A DNA stretch of 64,000 nt from Desulfurococcales archaeon (GTDB taxonomy: Archaea > Thermoproteota > Thermoprotei_A > Sulfolobales > Acidilobaceae), in the NCBI GenBank assembly GCA_015521185.1, contig WAOS01000018.1:2007-66006 (forward strand). Direction: 5' to 3'. Made by a program: the position numbers and the translations under genes. This document shows, piece after piece, positions 8,386-17,558 of this stretch; within the stretch, counting starts at the first letter, position 1, and each line of letters starts with the position of its first letter. Under the pieces are notes generated by a model. It did no database searches, had not been told where the DNA came from, and saw nothing but the letters and a program-made list of their open reading frames with translations.

Positions 8386-11300
8386 CCCCCTACAGCTCCT
8401 AGTGCGACCCTACTTATGGATACGTCCTCTACCGCGCCCGCTATCATTGAGGCTATCATTTCTATCGCCCTACCTGCCTCGAGATCTCCGGATTCAACGC
8501 GGTCTAGCATTTCCTCCATGCGCCTGCTCGTTTCAACGGAGACTAGCTCCCGATAGTGTTCGCTAAGGTACTTGTAAACACTTATACCCAGCTTAGTGGG
8601 GACTACGTACTGCCTCTTCTTGCTTAGAATAATGTATCCGTGCCTCCTATTCGCCTCTATGGCTTTCGCGTAGGTGCTAGGCCGGCCTATGCCCTCTCTC
8701 TTCATTATCTTCACGAGGTCTCCCGCATTGTATAGCCTCACGCTGCTTGTCCTGGCGACTCTCTCCACGACCAGGTCGATCTCGCTCCTGGGCTCGGCGA
8801 GTAGACGGCTGATCCTGGGCCTCAGTATCCTCGTGTATCCCTGGCCTGCGAGGCCTATGATGGCCTCCTTCTCTACCCGGACCCCCCGGAGATCTAGGGT
8901 TACCCTTACCCTCCTCAGCCGGTCCGGCTTCATCTGGCTAGCTATGAACCTCCGGAATATGAGATCGTAGAGGCGGAAGTGGGCCCATGTGAGCTTCGTT
9001 TGGACCCTGATGGTGCCCTCGATTATTCCTCTCCTCAGCTGCTCCGCGTCTATGGGTTTCGTCGGCCGTATCGCCTCGTGGGCGCCCCCCTCTCCCCAGG
9101 ATCTGCCCTGGTATAGGTCTATGAGGCCGGCCTGCTCTAGGTATTCTCTCGCGACAGCAATGCCGGTTGGGCTCACTCGCGTCGAATCAGTCCTGTGGTA
9201 TGTTATGAGGCCGCTCTCGAAGAGGTCTTGGGCGAGCCTCATTGTCTGGCTGGCCGAGAATCCTAGGACTCTCGAGGCTTCGTATAGCATCTCGTCAGTA
9301 GTGAATGGTGGTGGCGGCGTTACGGTTTCCTCCCACTCTTCCCTCTCGACTACCCTCGCCTTAATCCTGTCGCCGGGCCGCCACTCGGGCTTGTCCGCTG
9401 TGAAAACGTAGATTCTCTCGCCCGTGTCCTCGTGGCGCAGAAGTGTTCCGTAGCCCTTGTTAGCCTTCCACTGCTCGTACCTCTCAACTGCCCAGCCTAG
9501 CACGGGCGTCTGGACTCTGCCCGCGCCCAGCCACTTCTTACCGTAAATAGACCAGAGGTGCCTGCTCAGGCTGAAGCCTATCCATCTATCCTCGATTCTC
9601 CGCACGATCTGGGCTTTGACTAAGTTCTCATTGATTGTCTCGCCAGTGGCTAGTGCTTCCAGGACTGCTTTCCTGGTTACCTCGTGGAACCGGCCCCTCC
9701 TGATGTTAGGATTGTATGGTCTGAGAGCTAGGTAGATGTCCCAGGCTATCTTTTCTCCCTCTCTGTCCGGGTCGGTCGCGATGACTACCTCATCCACTTC
9801 TACAGCAAGCTTTCTCAGCATTCCTATGACTGCCTGGGCCGAGTACTGCTCGGTGCTGCCGCACCTAGGACAGGGGCCGTCTCCCGCGAAGGTGTACCCG
9901 CAGGAGAGGCACTTCTTTATAGCGGTGTAGACGGGCTTGTAAACGCCGTTCTCGACCCTCACACCATAGACACTGTCTTCCTCGTCTATCGCTAGCTCTA
10001 GCACGTGACCCCTGCTAGCTACGACCATCAAGAGGTATACGGCTCCAGTACTCGGATCCGCCACGCTGGTCTCGTAGACGGTTACGCGGCCTATCCTCCT
10101 CTTGCTGGGCCTACCCCAGAACCAAGCGATGGTTCTCGCCTTAGTAGGGGACTCTACTATGAGGAGAACAGTCTTAACATTAACCTTCTTGCCCTCCCCC
10201 CTCCTAGAAGCCTCTATCTTCTGGAGGACACTGTCGAGATCCACTGACTCGAACTCTGTAAGCTCCGACTGGGTATACCACTTCAGCCTCTCCCCGAGAG
10301 CAGATACGTGATCGCGATTCTCAGAGACTACAACGCTGAGGCCGTGAGTCATTACTCCTCTTAGTAGCCTGCTTGTCCTCCCGCTAGCCTGGAGGTACGT
10401 AGGGGCGTCCGGAATAACAAAGTATGTCCTGTCGCCTCGCCTCTCTATGACACTCCCACCGATCCGTATGGTTCCCCCAGACTCTTGGAGTATCCTCTCG
10501 ATCTCCCTAGAGATGAGCTTCGCGGCTCTCTTCATAGTGTCTACAGCTTCTTCTAGGAGACCGCTGACCTCAATTCTACCCTTATACGCAAGGGAGAGGA
10601 CCGTCGGGTTGGGTATTTTCTCTAGGTACCTGGATAGCTTCACGATAAACTCTCCGGCCTCCCCCACCCCCCTATCTCTCAGCTCGTAGAGGAGCGATAG
10701 CTGCCTCCTAGGGCTAGATAGCGCATCAGACAGCTTCATTCTCCTCGCTGGAACGCCTACGAAGACCGCGTATCTTATCCTCTCTGGCAGGTCGATCCCC
10801 CTGACAATCACCCCGTACCGGGACGCTACACCTACGACTACGTCCACCTCGCCCCTAGCTAGCTTATCGATCGCCCTCCTCGTCCCAGCAAGGGCTATTG
10901 CTGCACGTATCCCCTCTTTCTCTAGCTTAGCAGCAACTATTTTCGCCGTCTCCTTGCCGTAGAGCTGGCTCACGAAGATTATGCCACCGCTTCCCAGCTT
11001 CTTAACAATTCTTACGGTCTCCTCAATGGGTCTATAGGAGATCGTGTAGGTATCGGTCACACTCCTCATGTAGTCGCTGCCCCCGCCAACTTCGAAGCCT
11101 AGGAGCTCTTTGAAGAGGTAGTGCTTGATACCTCTGGGCCTGCCTGTGGCCGACGCTATGACTAGCTGGCTCATGGGCTGCTCGTGCTGGAGGGCCAGTT
11201 CGGCCTCTAGCTCTGCAAGCTTGGTCTTCAGCTCCTCAACCTTATCCTCCTTACCAGCTTGGAGCGCTGCATAGAGTCTGAAGCGGGTCTTGACGAGTTC

Positions 11301-12017
11301 CTCTGCCTTCTCGATGGTGTCTCTCGAGAAACCCATTAGGAGGAGAACTCTCTCAACGTTGGTCCCACTCCTTAGGAGGCTGTCAACGTCGTCTACAAGT
11401 ATTAGCTGGAAGGGGGATGCTCTCGACAGGACTGTGAACCCTCTCTGGAGGAAGCTAGTGGTTATGATGAGGATCCTGAAGTCTCCACTCTCTATTCTCT
11501 CAAGGGCCTCCTTCTTTGCTTTCCTCCCCATCGAGCCCGTGTAGTATACGACGCCGTCCGCCATTCTAGAGAGCTTCTCATACACCTGTCGGACAAGGTT
11601 TTGGGTGGGAACTATATAGAGGACCTTCCAGCCGTGCCGGGCTGCCCTGTACGCGGCGTAGACCATTAGGAGGGTCGTCTTGCCTACGCCTGTCGGCGCG
11701 ATTATTGCCAGACTATCTAGGGTTAGAAGTCTCTTCGCCCAGCTAGTCTGCGCGCTCCAGAGCCTGCTGCCGGTCCTAGCCTCGAAGAACGCCTGAAAGT
11801 CTTCTAGATCGAGCTCGAGATCGTAGAGCCACGCGTATCCTGAGAGCTTCCCTGCCTTGCGGAGCGCCTCACCAATCTCACGGGGCCCGCCATAAACGGG
11901 TGTCGGAAGGCATCTCTCGCAGGGGAGACCGTCGGCTAGGCGTGACGCGCTTATCGGCCCTCCGCAGTTAGGGCACATCGCCCGCATTATCGGCTCTATA
12001 CTGCTCATCGACGACAC
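8382..12017 (-). CDS. rgy: Reverse gyrase
   Basis: 1211 aa with an N-terminal zinc finger CPNCGG...CERC, helicase-like Walker A APTGVGKT and a DDVD box. Then comes a Toprim/topoisomerase IA module (IVESPTKARTI, second zinc ribbon CLSCG...CPRCG, TYHRTDSTR active-site Tyr region). Confidence 0.97.
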   Translation of the reverse strand: MSSMSSIEPIMRAMCPNCGGPISASRLADGLPCERCLPTPVYGGPREIGEALRKAGKLSGYAWLYDLELDLEDFQAFFEARTGSRLWSAQTSWAKRLLTLDSLAIIAPTGVGKTTLLMVYAAYRAARHGWKVLYIVPTQNLVRQVYEKLSRMADGVVYYTGSMGRKAKKEALERIESGDFRILIITTSFLQRGFTVLSRASPFQLILVDDVDSLLRSGTNVERVLLLMGFSRDTIEKAEELVKTRFRLYAALQAGKEDKVEELKTKLAELEAELALQHEQPMSQLVIASATGRPRGIKHYLFKELLGFEVGGGSDYMRSVTDTYTISYRPIEETVRIVKKLGSGGIIFVSQLYGKETAKIVAAKLEKEGIRAAIALAGTRRAIDKLARGEVDVVVGVASRYGVIVRGIDLPERIRYAVFVGVPARRMKLSDALSSPRRQLSLLYELRDRGVGEAGEFIVKLSRYLEKIPNPTVLSLAYKGRIEVSGLLEEAVDTMKRAAKLISREIERILQESGGTIRIGGSVIERRGDRTYFVIPDAPTYLQASGRTSRLLRGVMTHGLSVVVSENRDHVSALGERLKWYTQSELTEFESVDLDSVLQKIEASRRGEGKKVNVKTVLLIVESPTKARTIAWFWGRPSKRRIGRVTVYETSVADPSTGAVYLLMVVASRGHVLELAIDEEDSVYGVRVENGVYKPVYTAIKKCLSCGYTFAGDGPCPRCGSTEQYSAQAVIGMLRKLAVEVDEVVIATDPDREGEKIAWDIYLALRPYNPNIRRGRFHEVTRKAVLEALATGETINENLVKAQIVRRIEDRWIGFSLSRHLWSIYGKKWLGAGRVQTPVLGWAVERYEQWKANKGYGTLLRHEDTGERIYVFTADKPEWRPGDRIKARVVEREEWEETVTPPPPFTTDEMLYEASRVLGFSASQTMRLAQDLFESGLITYHRTDSTRVSPTGIAVAREYLEQAGLIDLYQGRSWGEGGAHEAIRPTKPIDAEQLRRGIIEGTIRVQTKLTWAHFRLYDLIFRRFIASQMKPDRLRRVRVTLDLRGVRVEKEAIIGLAGQGYTRILRPRISRLLAEPRSEIDLVVERVARTSSVRLYNAGDLVKIMKREGIGRPSTYAKAIEANRRHGYIILSKKRQYVVPTKLGISVYKYLSEHYRELVSVETSRRMEEMLDRVESGDLEAGRAIEMIASMIAGAVEDVSISRVALGAVGG

Positions 12018-12196
12018 CAGCCTCAGAAGCCCGTTATGGAGCCCGGTTAGGGCTCAGTAGAGCTTGTGAACCTAGGAAAACCGCGAGCCCCAGTATTACC
12101 GTGGAAACCCCTAGGAGCGGCCTAGGAGTGTCTGAGGAACAGGAGAAATTAGTCGGGGAAAACATAGGAGGGAACAGCAACGGCGAGCTAACGGCT

Positions 12197-12574
12197 TTAC
12201 TCTACCTTGATCTCCTTCCTAGCCTCCCAGAGGCCGTGTAGGTTGCAGTAGCTTATCGCGTAGAGCACGCCACTCTTTTTCAGGGTCACGGTGACGCTCG
12301 CCTCGGCAACAGTATACTCGGGCTCCCACACGATGGTTGCTATCTTTACCGGGTTGAAGGGTCTGCCCTCCTCGGCGAACCATAGCTCTACATACCTAAT
12401 GCTGTGGTGAGCCTTCATCTCGTGAGGGCCAACAGCCACCTTCACAGTAAAGGGCTCGCCTGCCTTCACGGTATCGGGGGCCTCTATCTTGGGCGTGTGC
12501 GTCTCAGCCTTGCTTATGGCCTGCTCAGGAGCCTCCTCCTGAGTGTAGATTAGGTCTCCGAACTTCTTTGCCAC
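12197..12574 (-). CDS. sor: Superoxide reductase (1Fe-SOR / neelaredoxin)
   Basis: Collinear with Pyrococcus-type SOR: ETHTPKIE (normally EKHVPVIE), HHSIRYVELWF, and LYAISYCNLHGLWE. All His/Cys iron ligands are present. Confidence 0.9.
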   Translation of the reverse strand: MAKKFGDLIYTQEEAPEQAISKAETHTPKIEAPDTVKAGEPFTVKVAVGPHEMKAHHSIRYVELWFAEEGRPFNPVKIATIVWEPEYTVAEASVTVTLKKSGVLYAISYCNLHGLWEARKEIKVE

Positions 12575-12664
12575 TCCACATCACCTCTCTTTTCTCTTCG
12601 CTGAAAATAGAGTAGGAGCAGTCCGGGTATTAGCCGTTAGTATTTGTCTTCCGAGATCTATCCC

Positions 12665-13342
12665 CTACATACTATGCATACTGCTAATGGTGTCATAGTA
12701 CAACTCTGCTACTCTCCTTGATTCGACGTACAACGCTATTCCCCCGAGCCATGCTGTGAGTAGTGAGGCGTACTCGAGTATGCTTAGGCCGGAGGCCTCG
12801 ATTAACAAGTGAGCTATTGATATAATATATGGTATTGTTATCGATACAATAATTATCAATATAGACCACTTCTCATAGCACCCCATAACACCTGCGATCG
12901 CCAGAGATACACTTAGGAGAGCGAGGAACGCAGATGCTAGCCCCTGCATGGGCAACAGTAGCGCTGCTAGAGTGACTGAAAGGCCCGTCACAACCCTATA
13001 CGCGCAGAGGTGCACCGAGTAGATGTTATTGAGAGTACGAATCCTCCTGGCGACCCTCTCTATCTCTCCGCTCACACTTGTAGCACCAACCAGGTCCCTC
13101 GATGAAACCCGCTCTTCAACTCTCCTTAACATCTGCTTGAGGCTCGAGGAAGCTAGGTGTGCCCCCGCGCTTGCTAGAAGCTTCACAGCTCTTTCAAGCT
13201 CGTTCATCGCATAATATAGGCGCTCTACGACGATGAGCCAGTCCGGGTCGTCCTGAGAGAGGTGAGATGCCTTCGCGAAAGCAGTGTAAAGATCGTCTAA
13301 CCCATCAATTATGGTGTTGTCCAGCGCGCTCTCCCGGCCCAT
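12665..13342 (-). CDS. Hypothetical membrane protein
   Basis: A helical soluble N-terminal half is followed by 3-4 hydrophobic segments (VVTGLSVTLAALLLP..., ILIIIVSITIPYIISIAHLLI...). Confidence 0.5.
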   Translation of the reverse strand: MGRESALDNTIIDGLDDLYTAFAKASHLSQDDPDWLIVVERLYYAMNELERAVKLLASAGAHLASSSLKQMLRRVEERVSSRDLVGATSVSGEIERVARRIRTLNNIYSVHLCAYRVVTGLSVTLAALLLPMQGLASAFLALLSVSLAIAGVMGCYEKWSILIIIVSITIPYIISIAHLLIEASGLSILEYASLLTAWLGGIALYVESRRVAELYYDTISSMHSM

Positions 13343-13372
13343 ACTCGCACCACCAAGGCCTGGCGGGGCCAG

Positions 13373-16210
13373 CTAGTAATAGATTCTGGCTCTCCTCCTC
13401 TGCAGTATTAGAGCTGCGTTGAGTATGAGGTACTTAAGTATCGTCTTCGGCACATTGTAGAATGTTATAGTGAGCTCGCGGGTTGCAGGAGCATAGGCGG
13501 GGCTTATTTTCACCATGTATATCTCGTCCGGAAACTCCTTCTCGAGCTTATCCCAGTTCTCTATGACGATCGCTGGCGTAACTATTATCTCCCTTAGCTG
13601 CGAGTCCTGCCCCGCTTTGAATGCTATCCTGAGCGGCTCGTTCAAGTATCTGGGCTCGAAGCTCTCTCTGAAGTCCTCCATAGCCACTATCTCGCTGGCG
13701 TCGCGGACGAGAGCCCACTTACACTCTTCATCTATAGAGTCATAGAAGCAAAACACTCTTTTATCGCCGTATTCCGCTTTTCTTAGCTCTTTTAGCTTCG
13801 CCTCAACGGTTTTCTCGGACACCTCCAGCGCGTCGGCTAGGTCTATCACGCTCATTGCGTAGCCCTCAAGCATCCTAGCGATCCTGCCGGCTAGGTCTGG
13901 GAGCCATGGGCGGACCGGGGGCAGTTTTAGTATGCTTTCGGCCAGCGGTGTCAGTCTTGCAAGTCTCATCACACGCAGATCACCGCTCTTCAAAGATTCT
14001 ATGATTTTGATGGCTCCGGGAATATCCAGGTGGTCCCTTATCGCCTGCCTCTTGGCCTCCTCGACGAGAAACTCGTCGTCCTCCTTGATTGAGCCTAGCT
14101 TCCCGAAGCTTAGCTGTATCTCCCTTATGATCTGGCCGAGTATGGGGCTTCTTTCGAGAGCTCTCAAAACTCTCTCCTCAACCTCTCCCGGATCTATGTT
14201 CATGATAGCCTCAACTAGGTTAAGTCCTGCCTTGTTGAGGAGGCTGAACCCTATGAACGAGCTCCTATAGTATGTATTGAGTCCCTGCTCTTTGATCAAC
14301 ACGTCAAGAAGTATGAGGGCGAGAGTTTCACTGATCTCGCTTCCAAAAGGCCCGACTATTATGTGCTCGTCACCAGCGATCTCGTAAAGAATAGTGTTCG
14401 GGCCTGCCTCCGGGGGAAGGGCACTTCTAACGCGGCGAGACCACTCCTCGAGTGTTTCTCTCGAGACAGAGTCCATTATGAGCCTCGGTGAGATACTGCT
14501 AGTGCCCTCACGAGACACTTCTAGGAACTTCCTGGCGAGCATAGGACTCCTGCTGATCCCTTCGCCCCTCCACAGGGGCACTTCTCCTGGCTCCTCGGAG
14601 GGCTCGACGTCGACTCTTCCAGCTCCCACATCTATCCTCTTAACCTTCCACGATCTTCCCGAGAGCCTGATAATATCTCCCGGCCTGAGATACCTGTAGA
14701 CGAACACGCTATCGAGGTTACCAATAGTCCTCTCTCCGTGCTTAACCTGGAACGTATCCCTATCCGAGATGAGCGAGAAGAACTCGGTGAAATCCCTGGC
14801 CCACCAGGACCTGCCCTTCCCCGAGCCCCGGAACTTCCATATCTTGTAGAATGTGCTGCCAAGCCTAAGCTTGTTTCCGACTCTTCGTATGACTCCCTGG
14901 CTCTCTAGGTAGGAGAGTAGTTTTTCGAACTTCTTGGGGGTTAACTTGCTGTATGGGTGGGCCGAGAGTATCTCGTAAACTTCTTTGACGCTCGCTTCCT
15001 TTTTTTCGAGGAGAATCCCCTGCAGCTCCCTCGCGATAACGTCTAGCGGTATCTCCTTGACTACTACTGGCTCTACGTAACCATCGTACGCTAGGCTTGC
15101 TAGAGATGCGCTCTCGACGAGGTCGAACACACCTATTGAAACAATAGAGCCCTTGCTCGGCAGTCCTAACCTATGCCCGCTCCTCCCTACCCTCTGTATA
15201 AGGCTTGAGACTCTTCCGGGGCTTTTTACCTGGACTACTTTGACGATCTCCCCTATATCTATTCCCAATTCTAGAGTCTTGGTGGCGACTATAGCCGATA
15301 GCTCCCCTCTCCTGAGCTTTCTCTCAGCTTTTTCCCTCACCTCGGGAGCGACGCTGCTGTGGTGAACGAAGATGTCGCTGGCCCCGATCTCCTCGAGTGC
15401 TTGCTTCAGCTTCTCCGCCATATACCTGCTGTTCACGAAGATTATGCTAGGCTTCTCTATTTCCTCGCGGACCGTATTGGCTAGGTTTCTCCACATACCA
15501 CTATCTTCGCCGACATATCTCACGCTGAGTATAGCGGTTTTCTTCCCGCCCTCATCTATAATCCTCTTGGGCCTTCTGCTGGAACCCGATAGAAGCTCTA
15601 TCGCACTCCAGGGGTCCCCTATAGTGGCCGATAACCCGATCCTCTGGAGGTCTCTCCCGGCTAGCTTGGAAAGCCTTTCGAGCTGGAGAGCAAGCTGTGC
15701 TCCCCGCTTGCTGGCGGCGAACTCGTGTAGCTCGTCCACTATGACCCAGCGCAGGTTCTTGTAGTGCACGCGGAATTTCGGCGCCCAGTCAAGGTCTATT
15801 TCTAGACTCTCGGGGGTCGTGATGAGTATGTGAGGAATATGGCGGTGCCTCCTCGATCTCTCCCTAACCGATACGTCGCCGTGCTTCCTAGCTACTTCCA
15901 AGCCTAGGCGCTCTGCCCACCACTTTATCCTCTCGTAGAGGTCGTTTATGAGAGCCTTCATGGGAGTTATGTAAAGAACTGAGACAGGCTCTGCCCCCAT
16001 CTCGAGCATCATAGAGAATACTGGGAGCATTGCAGCCTCGGTTTTTCCCATGCCTGTGGGAGCGATTATTAGAACGTTCTCGCCCCTCAATATGAAGGGT
16101 ATAGCTCTTAGCTGAACACTCGTAAGGCTAGTCCAGCCCTTCTCCTTTAGAGCGGCTATTACTTTTGGATGCAGATTCAGCTCGCCGTCTAGCAGCTTCA
16201 TGTATTCCAC
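13373..16210 (-). CDS. lhr: Lhr-type large ATP-dependent DEAD/DEAH-box helicase
   Basis: Contains APTGMGKTEAAMLP, DELHE, SAT (LSATI) and QRVGRSGHR, followed by a C-terminal extension of about 500 aa typical of archaeal Lhr-like helicases. Confidence 0.85.
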   Translation of the reverse strand: MEYMKLLDGELNLHPKVIAALKEKGWTSLTSVQLRAIPFILRGENVLIIAPTGMGKTEAAMLPVFSMMLEMGAEPVSVLYITPMKALINDLYERIKWWAERLGLEVARKHGDVSVRERSRRHRHIPHILITTPESLEIDLDWAPKFRVHYKNLRWVIVDELHEFAASKRGAQLALQLERLSKLAGRDLQRIGLSATIGDPWSAIELLSGSSRRPKRIIDEGGKKTAILSVRYVGEDSGMWRNLANTVREEIEKPSIIFVNSRYMAEKLKQALEEIGASDIFVHHSSVAPEVREKAERKLRRGELSAIVATKTLELGIDIGEIVKVVQVKSPGRVSSLIQRVGRSGHRLGLPSKGSIVSIGVFDLVESASLASLAYDGYVEPVVVKEIPLDVIARELQGILLEKKEASVKEVYEILSAHPYSKLTPKKFEKLLSYLESQGVIRRVGNKLRLGSTFYKIWKFRGSGKGRSWWARDFTEFFSLISDRDTFQVKHGERTIGNLDSVFVYRYLRPGDIIRLSGRSWKVKRIDVGAGRVDVEPSEEPGEVPLWRGEGISRSPMLARKFLEVSREGTSSISPRLIMDSVSRETLEEWSRRVRSALPPEAGPNTILYEIAGDEHIIVGPFGSEISETLALILLDVLIKEQGLNTYYRSSFIGFSLLNKAGLNLVEAIMNIDPGEVEERVLRALERSPILGQIIREIQLSFGKLGSIKEDDEFLVEEAKRQAIRDHLDIPGAIKIIESLKSGDLRVMRLARLTPLAESILKLPPVRPWLPDLAGRIARMLEGYAMSVIDLADALEVSEKTVEAKLKELRKAEYGDKRVFCFYDSIDEECKWALVRDASEIVAMEDFRESFEPRYLNEPLRIAFKAGQDSQLREIIVTPAIVIENWDKLEKEFPDEIYMVKISPAYAPATRELTITFYNVPKTILKYLILNAALILQRRRARIYY

Positions 16211-16323
16211 CGCTGAATACCTACCCGGATTTCTTGGGATAGACGCACCTGTATAGTGTAATCATATTCCGACACGCGCTCTTTATGTACCGAACGGGTC
16301 CATTTATTTGTAGTCCGTAGATA

Positions 16324-16578
16324 GTGGTGGGAGAGTTGCCGAGGGAATACTACGAGTGCATAGTGTGCGGGAGGAAATTTCCTAGGGGCCAGGGCATTGT
16401 CCTGGAGAAGGCAGGGTTCGAGCTAGCCTTCCATAGCAGCAGGTGCGCGTCCAAGTTCCTACGATTATTCCTAGAGAGGCTCGACGACTCCTGTGCTAGA
16501 CCCGCTCTACGCGAGGTTATAGATGAGCTGAGAAAAGCTCTGGAGCAGAGAAGGGAGAAGACCAAGAAGGTGATCTAG
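16324..16578 (+). CDS. Small zinc-ribbon protein with an L24e/TRASH-like motif
   Basis: YECIVCGRKFPRGQGIVLEKAGFELAFHSSRCASKF mirrors the L24e pattern C-x2-C-G..I.PG.G......G....F.S.KC, here with C-x2-C ... H-x3-C ligands. Confidence 0.45.
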   Translation: MVGELPREYYECIVCGRKFPRGQGIVLEKAGFELAFHSSRCASKFLRLFLERLDDSCARPALREVIDELRKALEQRREKTKKVI

Positions 16579-16581
16579 GCT

Positions 16582-17298
16582 GTGCCCCGAGTAAGAATAC
16601 TGCTGTACAGCGTGCTCAGGGAGATCGCAGGCCGAAGAGAAGTTGTAGCCGATGTTAGTGAAGGCTCGAGCATTGAAGAGATCCTGAGGAGCAAGCTTGA
16701 CTGGGTCATCTCTGAGGCGGAGGCTAGAGGCGTCTCCGTGATTATCATGGATAACACTGGTAAGCGGCTGAACCCTAACGATAGAATCACTGGCGACATG
16801 GTTATCCACGTAATGCCTCCTATGAGTGGGGGAGGAAATGTACTCACGGGGCTGGTCGAAGAAATCAACCCGCACGATCTCATAAGTAGGATTATCAGCG
16901 AGTTCAACGTATTTGCTAGGGAAGGGGAAGCTGGAGCTATAGTATTCTTTGTAGGAGTTGTTAGGAGGATTAACAGGGGACACATCGTTAGGGAGCTTAT
17001 TTATGAGGCTGCTAGGGAGCCTGCGGAGGCCAAGCTTCGCTCGATCGCGGAGGAAGCCCTATCGCAACCAGGCGTCTACGGCGTCGCAATTTATCACTAC
17101 GTGGGCGTACGGCGTCCGGGTGATGCGACGATGATTATTGCCGTCGCGGGCAGGGGGAGAAATGAGACTACAGAGCTTCTCCGCAGCATAGTTGATAGGG
17201 TAAAACATGAGGTGCCAATCTGGAAGAAGGAGGTTAGAGAGGACGGCGTTGTCCACATTATAGGGGATAATAAGGAGGTTCCGGCGGGAGAAGCCTAG
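16582..17298 (+). CDS. moaDE: Molybdopterin synthase MoaD-MoaE fusion protein
   Basis: The N-terminal beta-grasp of about 93 aa ends in ...VMPPMSGG (the MoaD/ThiS Gly-Gly terminus). It continues directly into a MoaE domain (GAIVFFVGVVR..., VAIYHYVGVRRPGD, EVPIWKKE). Confidence 0.8.
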   Translation: MPRVRILLYSVLREIAGRREVVADVSEGSSIEEILRSKLDWVISEAEARGVSVIIMDNTGKRLNPNDRITGDMVIHVMPPMSGGGNVLTGLVEEINPHDLISRIISEFNVFAREGEAGAIVFFVGVVRRINRGHIVRELIYEAAREPAEAKLRSIAEEALSQPGVYGVAIYHYVGVRRPGDATMIIAVAGRGRNETTELLRSIVDRVKHEVPIWKKEVREDGVVHIIGDNKEVPAGEA

Positions 17299-17471
17299 CA
17301 CGGCCCCAAGTACTTCGATGCTATCTCGATAGCCCTTCTAACCGCGTCTTCAGCCCTAGTGGTACCTATATTAAAATTTATTATTATACCGTTTTTGGAA
17401 ACCCTAATCCTATACCTAATCCTCCCATTAATCTCCACTTCCTCTATAAGCTTGACGTCGCAGCCCCCCAT
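17295..17471 (-). CDS. Hypothetical small protein (58 aa) in an AT-rich patch
   Basis: This is the internal ATG of track ORF 17295-17792 (MGGCDVKLIEEVEINGRIRYRIRVSKNGIIINFNIGTTRAEDAVRRAIEIASKYLGPC). The longer form would overlap the aminotransferase start and promoter. Confidence 0.35.
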   Translation of the reverse strand: MGGCDVKLIEEVEINGRIRYRIRVSKNGIIINFNIGTTRAEDAVRRAIEIASKYLGPC

Positions 17472-17558
17472 AGCCGGCGGCCCCCTATGAGTTACTTGGC
17501 GACCGCCCACCCTTAATAATCGGAGGGACCAACGAGGGACCTTTGCGGTGACTGCGGA

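Noticed and set aside
11464-11482. AUGAUGA followed by CUGA on the plus strand inside rgy. Similar AUGAUGA hits occur at 26296, 41585 and, on the minus strand, at about 22917 and 38371.
   Set aside because: The box spacing is wrong (5 nt) or the matching D box is missing, and all the hits are inside well-supported coding regions. They are chance occurrences.
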